Shown here piece by piece: positions 1-8,838 of a stretch of DNA of 64,000 bases (position 1 is its first letter; each line of letters begins with the position of its first letter). A model generated the notes under the pieces. That model worked only from the letters and a program-made list of their open reading frames with translations. It had not been told where the DNA came from and did not search any database. Where the stretch lies: assembly GCA_021818465.1 (NCBI GenBank), contig JAKAEA010000001.1:454045-518044 (forward strand). Reading direction: 5' to 3'. This DNA comes from a bacterium (GTDB lineage Bacteria; Patescibacteriota; Minisyncoccia; Phycocordibacterales; JAKAEA01). A program made the position numbers and the translations under genes.

Positions 1-798
1 GGTAGACGTGGCCGCACCCGCGGTGCCGACATTTCCGTGGATATCGATCTTTCTTTTAGCGAAGCGGTGTTCGGTGTAACACGCAATATCGTTCTTAATC
101 GAACATCTGTGTGTGCTACCTGTGGTGGCAATGGTGCCGAACCAGGAGCAAAACTTGAAACCTGTAAAATTTGTAATGGCAAAGGTAAAATTCACGAAGC
201 CCGCAGCTCATTTATGGGAACTTTTACCACCGTTCGTAACTGCGACACCTGCCACGGTACTGGTAAAATTCCAAGCCAAAAATGTAAGCAATGCCACGGA
301 CTCGGCGTTACTCGCAAGCAGCAAGAAGTTGGCGTTATTGTGCCCCCAGGTATTAATGACGGTGAAATCATCCGTATCACTGGAGGTGGGGAAGCCGTGC
401 CAGGAGGTGCGACCGCTGGTGCTCCTGGCGATCTATACATCCGCGTCCATCTTAAACCGCACCCAACGCTACACCGCGAAAGCAACAATATCATCACCAC
501 CTTATCCATTAAATTATCTACCGCGCTCTCCGGAGGCGAATATGCTTTAGAAACCCTTGATGGCCCACTCACCTTAAAAATTCCTGCAGGCATAGAATTT
601 GGTGAAATTCTGCGCGTCCGTGGTAAGGGTGTACCAATTGGCGCAGCTGCCAACGAGCGTAATCGCGGTGACGCCACAAGCCCCAGCGCCCATGGTCGTC
701 GCGGCGATTTTCTGGTTAAAATTAACATCGAACTTCCTAAAAAACTCTCTAAAAATGCCGCGAAACTTGTAGAAGAACTCAAGAAAGAAGGTATTTAA
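1..798 (+). CDS. dnaJ: Chaperone DnaJ, C-terminal part (5' partial at window edge)
   Basis: Frame is open from nt 1. It carries four CxxCxGxG zinc-finger repeats (CATCGGNG, CKICNGKG, CDTCHGTG, CKQCHGLG) and a DnaJ C-terminal domain. Confidence 0.85.
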   Translation, partial: GRRGRTRGADISVDIDLSFSEAVFGVTRNIVLNRTSVCATCGGNGAEPGAKLETCKICNGKGKIHEARSSFMGTFTTVRNCDTCHGTGKIPSQKCKQCHGLGVTRKQQEVGVIVPPGINDGEIIRITGGGEAVPGGATAGAPGDLYIRVHLKPHPTLHRESNNIITTLSIKLSTALSGGEYALETLDGPLTLKIPAGIEFGEILRVRGKGVPIGAAANERNRGDATSPSAHGRRGDFLVKINIELPKKLSKNAAKLVEELKKEGI

Positions 799-805
799 AT
801 TTAAC

Positions 806-982
806 ATGAAATGGAATAGTGTCACGTGGTATTCTAAAATTGCCGCCCTCATTCTTTTTGTGGGTATTATTCCCATACTTGGCTTTTATGTCGGAATGCA
901 ATACCAAATCACTCGTCATATGCTCATAGAAGCAGCTTTGGCTCAAAAACAACCAACGTTACTCCCACCGTTTAATCCATAG
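806..982 (+). CDS. Small hypothetical membrane protein (58 aa), below the ORF-track size cutoff
   Basis: ATG at 806 to TAG at 980-982, MKWNSVTWYSKIAALILFVGIIPILGFYVG... One clear hydrophobic helix. It sits directly downstream of dnaJ. Confidence 0.3.
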   Translation: MKWNSVTWYSKIAALILFVGIIPILGFYVGMQYQITRHMLIEAALAQKQPTLLPPFNP

Positions 983-1027
983 TTGGAAAAGCAGTAAAAT
1001 TCTGATAGGATAATTCGGCAATAACCC

Positions 1028-1105
1028 GGCCCTTTCGTCTAGCCCGGTCCAGGACGGCGCCCTCTCACGGCGCAAACACGGGTTCAAATCCCGTAGGGGT
1101 CACCA
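1028..1105 (+). tRNA. tRNA-Glu (anticodon CUC), CCA encoded
   Basis: Cloverleaf folds by hand. The 7-bp acceptor stem is GGCCCTT/AGGGGTC, the anticodon loop is CTCTCAC, the T-arm is ACGGGTTCAAATCCCGT, and the gene ends in CCA. It closely resembles bacterial tRNA-Glu. Confidence 0.85.
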
Positions 1106-1192
1106 CTATTGACACAGTCCGTATTAAACTGGTATAGTATTTTAGAAATACGGCACAGTGCTGTTAATTATAGTTCTTCTAGAGGAGTTAAA

Positions 1193-1498
1193 ATGGGACA
1201 TCTTTCTTCGCAATCTGAGACAGAAACCAATCCTTGGAGTCCGGCAAACGGTCTTATTGACGACACTGCCGCTCTGCTCAACTGCCTCGCCCTTCGGTGT
1301 TGTCACTGTCGGCGCGTAATCGCCAAGCGACACATTGTCATGCGAGACCGTCACGCGTTTTGTCCAGACTGCCAACAAAAGGCATGCGTAACCGATGGTA
1401 GATGCCAGGCAAATATTGGTGCCTTTCTGGAACACAACGACCCACGGCGGCCAACGTTCGGTTATGGCGCGAGTGGAGGGGATGGAGAGGCAGATTGA
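1193..1498 (+). CDS. Hypothetical C4 zinc-finger protein (TraR/DksA-like C-x2-C-x17-C-x2-C spacing) in a GC-rich islet
   Basis: A strong RBS (AGAGGAG) lies 6 nt before ATG 1193. The motif is CHCRRVIAKRHIVMRDRHAFCPDC. Local GC is about 55% against about 43% for the window, and the ORF abuts the tRNA-Glu gene. Confidence 0.35.
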   Translation: MGHLSSQSETETNPWSPANGLIDDTAALLNCLALRCCHCRRVIAKRHIVMRDRHAFCPDCQQKACVTDGRCQANIGAFLEHNDPRRPTFGYGASGGDGEAD

Positions 1499-1601
1499 CC
1501 GTTTTTTAAAGCCAACAAGGTCCCGCGATAACATCAACGGACTTTTTTATTATATAAATACCGTATACAATCACATTACATACAACCCAACCGTTGCACA
1601 C

Positions 1602-2225
1602 ATGTACACGTCTCTTAAAAAACAGTTGTCGACACTCGTAATTTTAGCTGTCGCTTTCATTGGTGTTTCTTTTTTGGCACACACATACCATTCAGAGATA
1701 TCAGTAATTATGCATAGTGGCGGCGTGTGGGGAATAATTTTTTTTATTTTTCTCACAGCAATCTTCGTCATATTTGTTATACCACTCGACATTGTTTTTC
1801 TTATACCTATAGGCGCGGTTGTCTATGGACCTATACCAACAGCTCTCATGTCTATAACCGGATGGACACTGGGAGCGGCCGCGGCCTTCGCTATCGCTCG
1901 TTACTTTGGAAAAGGTTTTGTTGGTAAACTACTAGGACTTGATAGAGTTCGCGCTATCGGTGAACGTATTCCAAAACGAAATATGTTTTGGACTGTTTTT
2001 ATACTCCGCATGCTTATATCGGTAGATATTTTGAGCTATGCACTCGGTTTGTTTAGTGATATGTCGTGGGGAATATATGTGTTCGCCACGATGCTTGGGG
2101 TTGCGCCATTCGGCTTCTATTTTGCCTATGCGGGATCGCTGCCGTTATGGTACCAGCTTGGCGCTGTCATAATCGCTATTATTATAGCCACAATAATAGT
2201 AATGAAATACACACAACGAAGATAA
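1602..2225 (+). CDS. TVP38/TMEM64 (DedA-related) family membrane protein
   Basis: Multi-TM protein with the conserved GxxxGxxxG-type VTT core (GWTLGAAAAFAIARYFGKGF...). ATG 1602 was chosen over the longer upstream extension. Confidence 0.7.
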   Translation: MYTSLKKQLSTLVILAVAFIGVSFLAHTYHSEISVIMHSGGVWGIIFFIFLTAIFVIFVIPLDIVFLIPIGAVVYGPIPTALMSITGWTLGAAAAFAIARYFGKGFVGKLLGLDRVRAIGERIPKRNMFWTVFILRMLISVDILSYALGLFSDMSWGIYVFATMLGVAPFGFYFAYAGSLPLWYQLGAVIIAIIIATIIVMKYTQRR

Positions 2226-2273
2226 AAAATTAGTCAAAAAAAATGCATTTGAAAATTATCCACAGCCTATCTC

Positions 2274-2302
2274 TTGCCTAGTGAACGAGCGTTCACTATA
2301 CT
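2274..2302 (+). promoter_or_regulatory. Promoter (TTGCCT-17-TATACT) with an embedded LexA/Cheo-type SOS box TAGTGAACGAGCGTTCACTA (2279-2298)
   Basis: Perfect 8-nt inverted arms around GAAC-N4-GTTC lie inside the promoter spacer, directly upstream of the small ORF and lexA. Confidence 0.6.
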
Positions 2303-2308
2303 GTAAAT

Positions 2309-2530
2309 GTGTCGTTAAAAATATTAGCAATAAAAAATATTATGCAACAAAAAATTATTGAGAATAGAATCGCTGCTATAAACCGTGTCATAGACCACAA
2401 AATCCTACGCGGTCTTGATTACAGTGATGAAGCTCGTCGTCACAAAATGCTCCGCACTCAAATCAGAAAAGTTCGCCGCCAACGACCGCACATGCTAGGA
2501 ACATTTATACGTTTTGCTTCTTTTTTGTAA
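2309..2530 (+). CDS. Small hypothetical protein co-transcribed with lexA (GTG 2309, or ATG 2342 giving 62 aa)
   Basis: Basic 62-73-aa ORF between the LexA box and lexA. Its start sits about 7 nt downstream of the -10, so the transcript would be leaderless. Confidence 0.4.
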   Translation: MSLKILAIKNIMQQKIIENRIAAINRVIDHKILRGLDYSDEARRHKMLRTQIRKVRRQRPHMLGTFIRFASFL

Positions 2531-2540
2531 TTATCACGCC

Positions 2541-3128
2541 ATGAATGCATATACAGAAAAGCTCATTACGTTTTATAGAAGTCACAAACGAATGCCGACG
2601 TACGCTGAACTAGCAACACTCTGGAGTTTTAAATCAAAAAACGCGGTTTTTCGTGTAGTAGGAAAGATGGTTGCGGCTGGTATTGTTGCAAAAGATCATC
2701 TGGGTCGTCTCGTACCTACAAGCACCTTTCAGGAGACTCCTGTACTAGGTTTAGTAAAAGCTGGTTTACCCTCAGCTATTGATGGCGTAGAGACATACGG
2801 CATTGACGAAAGCGAGATGATTAGTTTTGATGAATTTTTAATAAAAGATAGAGCCAAAACATATATTTTAGAAGTTGATGGTGATTCAATGATAGACGCA
2901 CACATTGCCAAAGGCGATTTAGTGATTGTTGAACGTGCTGAAAAAGCCCGTGATGGCGACATTGTTATTGCTGAAGTTGATGGTGAATGGACAATGAAAT
3001 ATTTTCGTGAACAAAAGCATGATACAGGCCCCTGGCTCGAAGCCGCTAACAAAAACTACGCCCCGATTTATCCGGAGCATAGTCTTCGCATTGCCGCAAT
3101 TGTGCGTGGTGTCGTGCGAAAATATTAA
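2541..3128 (+). CDS. lexA: LexA repressor (S24 peptidase)
   Basis: N-terminal winged HTH and C-terminal S24 domain with the catalytic Ser (GDSM) and Lys. ATG at 2541. Confidence 0.85.
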   Translation: MNAYTEKLITFYRSHKRMPTYAELATLWSFKSKNAVFRVVGKMVAAGIVAKDHLGRLVPTSTFQETPVLGLVKAGLPSAIDGVETYGIDESEMISFDEFLIKDRAKTYILEVDGDSMIDAHIAKGDLVIVERAEKARDGDIVIAEVDGEWTMKYFREQKHDTGPWLEAANKNYAPIYPEHSLRIAAIVRGVVRKY

Positions 3129-3568
3129 CGCGTAGCAGAAATTGAAGTTTGAAGTTCAGGAGTTTGTGCTGCTACTGTGATACGACCATTGGCATCTTGT
3201 GATATTTCGTAACCAGTTTTATATATGCCACCCGCAGGATCGTAGGGAGTACCACCCGAAGGATCAATTGGTAACTCCGACAAATACTCTGGAACCAAGC
3301 AGCTACGAATATCAGCCGCACCGTTATTGATGGGTGTTGGAGTAGTTGTTAGAGTGTACGCGCAATTAAAAGCACCATTATTATCAACCATATTTTGATC
3401 AACGGCATCCAAGATAGACACTACTGCCGCCTTACGTTCTGAATCACGAGCTTGCGCAAATTGTTTTGCAGGATTCACTGCTACCAGTACTACTGCAGCC
3501 AAAATGCCGATAATACCAATGACCACCAACAATTCTATTAATGTGAAGCCTTGTTGAGGAGACCTCAT
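3125..3568 (-). CDS. Type IV pilin (prepilin; leader MRSPQQG, then FTLIELLVVIGIIGILAA)
   Basis: Class III signal with G-1, F+1 and E+5. ATG at 3568 (reverse-complement CAT at 3566-3568). Confidence 0.75.
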   Translation of the reverse strand: MRSPQQGFTLIELLVVIGIIGILAAVVLVAVNPAKQFAQARDSERKAAVVSILDAVDQNMVDNNGAFNCAYTLTTTPTPINNGAADIRSCLVPEYLSELPIDPSGGTPYDPAGGIYKTGYEISQDANGRITVAAQTPELQTSISATR

Positions 3569-3727
3569 CCTCTGTACTATACTTTTTTGTATTTGCATAA
3601 AATAATGCATTATTAATAATCTAGAAGTAAACCAATATGGCATTAAAATTCTCGTCAATATTTTTTAAAAATTTGTTAAAATTCTGCACCGCTCACTATT
3701 GATAATCATCTGTCAACATTCTCCGAG

Positions 3728-4042
3728 CTATGGCACGCAACTGGTAGCAACAATTCTTAGAGCACTGTTGCCTACATCTAATGTATAAAAAGGTAAATCT
3801 ACTAAGGAATTGTGTTGTGGTGAATATAAAGGATCGGCTGTTTGAGTTAGTTGTTGCACGGCTTGACACGAAAACATTTCTGTATCTGAAAGAACATAGT
3901 TTTTTGCCTCTAAAAATTGATCACGCAACGCAGCCAACCGCTGGACACGAATAAAAAGTACAATACTAAAAATCGCACCAAGAAACATTACCCCCATAAG
4001 CGCCATGAATCCTTTTTGATAATTTTTAATTTGGTGTCGCAT
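3728..4042 (-). CDS. Pseudopilin-like minor pilin (leader MRHQIKNYQKG, then FMALMGVMFLG; lacks E+5)
   Basis: Prepilin-type N-terminus followed by a hydrophobic helix. Overlaps the next gene by 17 nt. Confidence 0.5.
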   Translation of the reverse strand: MRHQIKNYQKGFMALMGVMFLGAIFSIVLFIRVQRLAALRDQFLEAKNYVLSDTEMFSCQAVQQLTQTADPLYSPQHNSLVDLPFYTLDVGNSALRIVATSCVP

Positions 4043-4424
4043 GATAGTATTCAAAAAATATCGGCGTACGCGAATCGCCATAAGAAAATGAAAAACGTAG
4101 GTGATGTATTGTTGTTGTAGTAGCAATCGCACCGATACCACGTCCTGACGAGGTGCTGTCCACGCTGGTTTGCGGATTCGATATGGTATGCCATACGGCA
4201 GTATCAAGAATATTTTTTGCCGAAAGGTACGTGGGCGATGCGTATACCTCATCACTTATTTTTTCCGCCACAAACAGTGATTCTTCTTGTTCACGCGCAC
4301 GCTGCTCGAAAGCTATATTAGATCGAGATACTAGTAACCAAACACTGGTCACACTAACTAGTAAAATGGAGAATAGACCAATGTATACACTTAATTCCAC
4401 AAATGTAAATCCTCGACAATACAT
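4026..4424 (-). CDS. Pseudopilin (leader MYCRG, then FTFVELSVYIGLF)
   Basis: Prepilin peptidase motif with E+5. Confidence 0.55.
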   Translation of the reverse strand: MYCRGFTFVELSVYIGLFSILLVSVTSVWLLVSRSNIAFEQRAREQEESLFVAEKISDEVYASPTYLSAKNILDTAVWHTISNPQTSVDSTSSGRGIGAIATTTTIHHLRFSFSYGDSRTPIFFEYYHATPN

Positions 4425-4434
4425 AGTTAAAAAA

Positions 4435-5841
4435 TTACTGAGGTGACGTACACAAAAACAGAGCGGGTGAATTACCATTCGTCACGTTATATATAATGTT
4501 ATTTTCATAGTCTAACCCTACAGTAGGTATTGAAGTGACAAGCTGTGGTCTACTAAAAAAATTTTGCGTTGTAGTTGCTGCATCGGTAGTAAGAGAAAAT
4601 ATACCTGCGTTAGTAGCAACGAGTAGGTGATGAGCAATGGCCCGAATATCATTTACTTGAGCGGCAAGCGAACTCGACGCAATAATAGTGGGGGCACGAG
4701 GGTTAGCAACGTTAAGCGCCACTAATTCAGGGTGACTTGGCGTGCTACCTTTACGTCGACCAGCATAGAGTATAGAACCGAGTAAAAATACTCGATTAGT
4801 ATATTCCGCACCAGTAAACGTCACGCTGGCAACTTTTATCGGATGCACAGGATCGTGCACATCAACAACAATAATATTGCTCGTGTTTCCGGAAGCTGCT
4901 AGATATGCATAGCCCCGAGATACAGCTATGTCGTAAATATTGTGATTTAACCACACCGAACCAAGCCAGCGAGGATTAGTAGGTATCGTTACATCAAAAA
5001 TATGAAATTCGCTTCCTGCCGTCCGATGTGTACCGACATATACTCGACCAGCGTAATAACGAACACTCAAACCTGAAGGATACGAGCCGCTAACACCAGG
5101 TAAAGAACGAGTCGCCACAATACTCGGATGTGTTACATCGTGCACATCAATCACCTGTAATTGACTTGTTGAACCAGTTACTGCCAAATACGCATATCCA
5201 TCCGCCACATCTACACTAGTAACTGGCGGCACTGTTACTCGCCCAATAATTGGGTGCGTGGTATTTTTTGGATCAGCAATAAGAAAATTAAATCCGTCAG
5301 TTGACGATGCGCCAAGATAAGCTTTACCTTCAAAAAAATCAAAGTTGGTTATGAATGCATTTGGAGTGGATGTGCCAAGGTAGATAGGAACGGGAGAAGT
5401 AACGCTCAGCGGGAGAGCGACACTATGAGGATTCATGAAACCCCCGCAGTCATTGCCAAGGGCAATGCTTGCCAATTGATCGGTATACAATGCCGCAATA
5501 ATAAGTGGTCGTACAAAATTCGGATAGGTAGAGCTGGCTGTTACTAGTGCTTCTTTCATGCACGGTTCTACGCTTTCTACTATAGATTGTGTGGTAATTT
5601 CTCTTTCAATATCTGTACTATACTGCGGCATATCGTAGGCCATAGTTTTTTCCAAGGCTGCCCGAGCAACATAGAGCATGCGACCATACACCACAAGTCG
5701 TTCCAAACTTTTTTGTTGCAAATCAAGCGTCGGAATGACAATGCTTGTTATTAGACTACATACGACAATTGCGATAACGATCTCAACCAACACCGCGCCA
5801 CGATGGGTAGTGCAATTAGTATTGTAATTCACCATTTTCAT
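4435..5841 (-). CDS. Large prepilin-type protein with a C-terminal LVIVD-repeat (beta-propeller) domain
   Basis: N-terminus ...THRG, then AVLVEIVIAIVV (G-1, E+5). Downstream are repeated ~40-aa units of the form YAYLA..G....L.V.DV.D...P. Confidence 0.65.
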   Translation of the reverse strand: MKMVNYNTNCTTHRGAVLVEIVIAIVVCSLITSIVIPTLDLQQKSLERLVVYGRMLYVARAALEKTMAYDMPQYSTDIEREITTQSIVESVEPCMKEALVTASSTYPNFVRPLIIAALYTDQLASIALGNDCGGFMNPHSVALPLSVTSPVPIYLGTSTPNAFITNFDFFEGKAYLGASSTDGFNFLIADPKNTTHPIIGRVTVPPVTSVDVADGYAYLAVTGSTSQLQVIDVHDVTHPSIVATRSLPGVSGSYPSGLSVRYYAGRVYVGTHRTAGSEFHIFDVTIPTNPRWLGSVWLNHNIYDIAVSRGYAYLAASGNTSNIIVVDVHDPVHPIKVASVTFTGAEYTNRVFLLGSILYAGRRKGSTPSHPELVALNVANPRAPTIIASSSLAAQVNDIRAIAHHLLVATNAGIFSLTTDAATTTQNFFSRPQLVTSIPTVGLDYENNIIYNVTNGNSPALFLCTSPQ

Positions 5842-6109
5842 AGAGAGTGATCGTTTCCGTAAAAGAACCGATAGAAAAATGTAGAGTGCGTGTTGACGTG
5901 CTCATTGTAGGTGACCGATCTCGTATTAACGCATCGAGCGTTGATTCTCGCTGCGCAAATGCAAGCCATTGATTATATTGATGGAGCGATAATCCAATTC
6001 CCATAGCAACAATCATTGTAAACACAACCATCACCACAATGATTTCTATAAGCGTAAATCCTTTTGTGCGAACATTAATGAATAGCGCTGACTGTTTGCG
6101 AGAGGGCAT
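5816..6109 (-). CDS. Pseudopilin (GspH/FimT-like; leader ...RTKG, then FTLIEIIVVMVV)
   Basis: Prepilin motif with E+5. 97 aa. Confidence 0.6.
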   Translation of the reverse strand: MPSRKQSALFINVRTKGFTLIEIIVVMVVFTMIVAMGIGLSLHQYNQWLAFAQRESTLDALIRDRSPTMSTSTRTLHFSIGSFTETITLYENGELQY

Positions 6110-7166
6110 AAATGGGAAGAATCATTGCGAGAGCAATAAAACCTATAGCACACCCAAGGAGTACCATTAACACTGGTTCGAGCAAACTTGACCATTTTTT
6201 TACCAATTCCTCATATTCACCCTGGAAGTATTCGGATAGGAAAGCGAGCGTTTCAGCGAGCGATCCGCTTGCCTCTGCTGCAGAAACAAGCTGAACCATT
6301 GTCTCAGGAAAGAGATGCGCGTGTGTGGCCAAGGCCTGAGAAACCGTAGTGCCTGATTCAACAGTACTACCGATATGATCCAGAGCTTGTGCGTATACAA
6401 CATTATTAGGATGTGATCGACGTAAACCAACCACTAACGGTATACCACTTGAAACTAAAACGGCCATCGTACCAGTAAAAACACTCAATATTTGTCCCTT
6501 AATTAACGTGTTCACAAATGGCATAGTCAACAATAATCTATCTCGCACACGCGTCGTGAATGTACGAGTAAAAGTATATTTACTGATAAAAATTACACTA
6601 AGAAAAACACTAACGAGAAACACTATGCCCCAAAACCAATGCCTGGCTATTGTGTCAGATACAAATATCAATACTCTGGTTGGAAAGGGTAACGTGGTAT
6701 GCATACTTTCTAAAAGTGGCCTAATTTTAGGAAAAATTCCAAACGTCATACCACCAGTTAACACTACCGATAACAACGCAATAGAAATAGGGTAGGTGAG
6801 AGCCGCCATAGTTTTTTTACGAAGTACATCTTTTTTGACTAGTGTTTGACCACAACGCTCCAACGCTTGCCGTATAGTGCCAGATTCTTCACCAGCTTCG
6901 ATAACGGTTATAAGACCGGGAGGTAACACTATTCGTTTTTGTATAGACTGCCAAAGTGGACAACCTGAGGCCAAATCTTCTTTAACCAGATCCAGAAAAA
7001 TCTTTCTGGGATTCGTACGCGGTACACGAGCAGCACAAAGCGAGATACATTCGTCTATTGTCGCGCCAGACTTTAGAAAAAAACCGAGTTGCTTAAAGAC
7101 AATTATTTGATCCCGTAGTCGTAATCTTATTCTTTTTTTTACCAAATTTTTTTTAAACAAAAGCAT
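6075..7166 (-). CDS. pilC: Type IV pilus assembly platform protein PilC / GspF family
   Basis: Two T2SSF repeats, polytopic. Located between pilB and the pilin genes. Confidence 0.85.
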   Translation of the reverse strand: MLLFKKNLVKKRIRLRLRDQIIVFKQLGFFLKSGATIDECISLCAARVPRTNPRKIFLDLVKEDLASGCPLWQSIQKRIVLPPGLITVIEAGEESGTIRQALERCGQTLVKKDVLRKKTMAALTYPISIALLSVVLTGGMTFGIFPKIRPLLESMHTTLPFPTRVLIFVSDTIARHWFWGIVFLVSVFLSVIFISKYTFTRTFTTRVRDRLLLTMPFVNTLIKGQILSVFTGTMAVLVSSGIPLVVGLRRSHPNNVVYAQALDHIGSTVESGTTVSQALATHAHLFPETMVQLVSAAEASGSLAETLAFLSEYFQGEYEELVKKWSSLLEPVLMVLLGCAIGFIALAMILPIYALSQTVSAIH

Positions 7167-7181
7167 AGTATACGTAGCTTT

Positions 7182-8282
7182 TTATAAAGCACTCAATACT
7201 TCGGCCATATCAACGAGTCCATGTTCTGTTTTTGTCATGCCATCTATCATAAGATTTCGCACGCCTGCACGCTCAGTAATTGTTCTCAGACGAGACAATG
7301 ATGGTTCATTCGTAATAGCTTCACGCAACGCATCAGTTACTGTAATTAGTTCGTATATCGCAATGCGCCCTTGAAAACCGGTATATTTGCACGCCAAACA
7401 ACCGCTCAACACGCGACAGTGCTGACATTTTTTACGAACTAATCGCTGAGCAATAATAGTTTCCACGGTTGCCGCAATAAGATACGGGGCAATGCCCATA
7501 TCAAGAAGACGGATGATTACCGAGATCGCATCATTCGTGTGTACTGTAGAAAAAAGCAAGTGACCAGTTAAAGCGGCGTGAATAGCTATATGCGCTGTTT
7601 CGGCATCACGTATTTCACCAACCATAATAACATCAGGATCTTGACGTAAAACAGAACGTAAACCAGAAGCAAAAGTTAAACCATGATCGGCATCAACCTG
7701 AATTTGTCTCGCGCGTGGCAACATGTACTCAACCGGATCTTCAATCGTGACAATTAATCGGTCGGGTGCAATGAGTTTCAATAAACTATACAGCGTTGTT
7801 GTTTTACCGGAACCAGTCGGACCAGTAACCAAAACCATGCCACGCTTACGACTAACAACAGTCGCCAAATATGAAGCGTCAGCCGTGCTGATACCTAACG
7901 ATTCTAGTTGAGAAAAATCTGGTTTATCTTTTAAAATACGCAATACGACTGCTTCACCGTAATATGTTGGCATCACTGAGACACGAATGTCAGCATGATG
8001 ATGAGGCCTAGTTACACGACCATCTTGTGGTAAATGGTGTAAATCCGTCCGTAGCCTAGCCAATATCTTAATTCGACCAATAAGACCAGCATGGAGCGTT
8101 TTCGGTAGACGACGATGCACCGACAACAAACCGTCTATCCTAAAACGAACGAATACATCACTTTCAAATGGATCAATATGAACATCGGATACGCCAACAC
8201 GGTCAGCTTCTTGTAGGATATTTTCCACAAGCACCGGCAGGTCAACGTTTTCTCCGGTTCCTATTGTATCCATTACTACCAA
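7182..8282 (-). CDS. pilB: Type IV pilus assembly / type II secretion ATPase (PilB/GspE family, short form)
   Basis: Walker A GPTGSGKTTT, Asp/His boxes, and a C-terminal tetracysteine (CQHC...CLAC). Confidence 0.85.
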   Translation of the reverse strand: MVVMDTIGTGENVDLPVLVENILQEADRVGVSDVHIDPFESDVFVRFRIDGLLSVHRRLPKTLHAGLIGRIKILARLRTDLHHLPQDGRVTRPHHHADIRVSVMPTYYGEAVVLRILKDKPDFSQLESLGISTADASYLATVVSRKRGMVLVTGPTGSGKTTTLYSLLKLIAPDRLIVTIEDPVEYMLPRARQIQVDADHGLTFASGLRSVLRQDPDVIMVGEIRDAETAHIAIHAALTGHLLFSTVHTNDAISVIIRLLDMGIAPYLIAATVETIIAQRLVRKKCQHCRVLSGCLACKYTGFQGRIAIYELITVTDALREAITNEPSLSRLRTITERAGVRNLMIDGMTKTEHGLVDMAEVLSAL

Positions 8283-8331
8283 TCGTACGGATTGGCGATA
8301 AAATTTCCGTCAAAAAATTCTAAAGAAATAT

Positions 8332-8784
8332 TCAAAATAAAGACTCCACCACACTTTTTATCTCAGCACCATCAGCTTGTCCTTTTAATTCTTTGGATAT
8401 AGCTCCGATGAGAATACCCATTTTTGCTTTGTCGGAAATATTGAGTTCAGTTTTTTTAATTACAGCCACTTTTTCAATTGCCTCACGTGATAATTGAGGC
8501 GGTAAGAGTGTTTGTAAAACACCTAATTCTGCCTGCTCTTGATCAACTAAATCTTGACGGCCACCCTTCGTAAATTGTTCTATAGAATCCTTACGCTGCT
8601 TTACCAGACGTTTGATTACAATCAGCGCTTCGTCATCCTGAAGTTCTTCTTGCGGTTTTCTACCTTTCGTTACAAGCTCGTTGGTAAATGCGGCTGAAAT
8701 AGAGCGCATCACGCCCGTACGAAGGACATCTCGAGCAAGCATTGCTTTTTTAACTTCTTCTTTTATGTTGGTGTGTATAGACAT
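8332..8784 (-). CDS. GatB/YqeY domain protein
   Basis: Full-length similarity to YqeY proteins. ATG at 8784 preferred over the upstream extension. Confidence 0.7.
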   Translation of the reverse strand: MSIHTNIKEEVKKAMLARDVLRTGVMRSISAAFTNELVTKGRKPQEELQDDEALIVIKRLVKQRKDSIEQFTKGGRQDLVDQEQAELGVLQTLLPPQLSREAIEKVAVIKKTELNISDKAKMGILIGAISKELKGQADGAEIKSVVESLF

Positions 8785-8838
8785 ATCAAGAAAGTATAGC
8801 AGAATTTCCAAAATTTTTATATACTATCCTACATTCCT

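Noticed and set aside
113-876. ORFs 113-550(+), 192-782(-) and 574-876(-) overlapping dnaJ
   Set aside because: They sit in alternative frames or antisense to a well-supported DnaJ coding region and show no domain-like sequence. They are typical shadow ORFs.
1142-1537. 131-aa minus-strand ORF antisense to the zinc-finger ORF
   Set aside because: It has no RBS or domain features, and the plus-strand ORF has a strong SD. It is probably a GC-rich shadow ORF.
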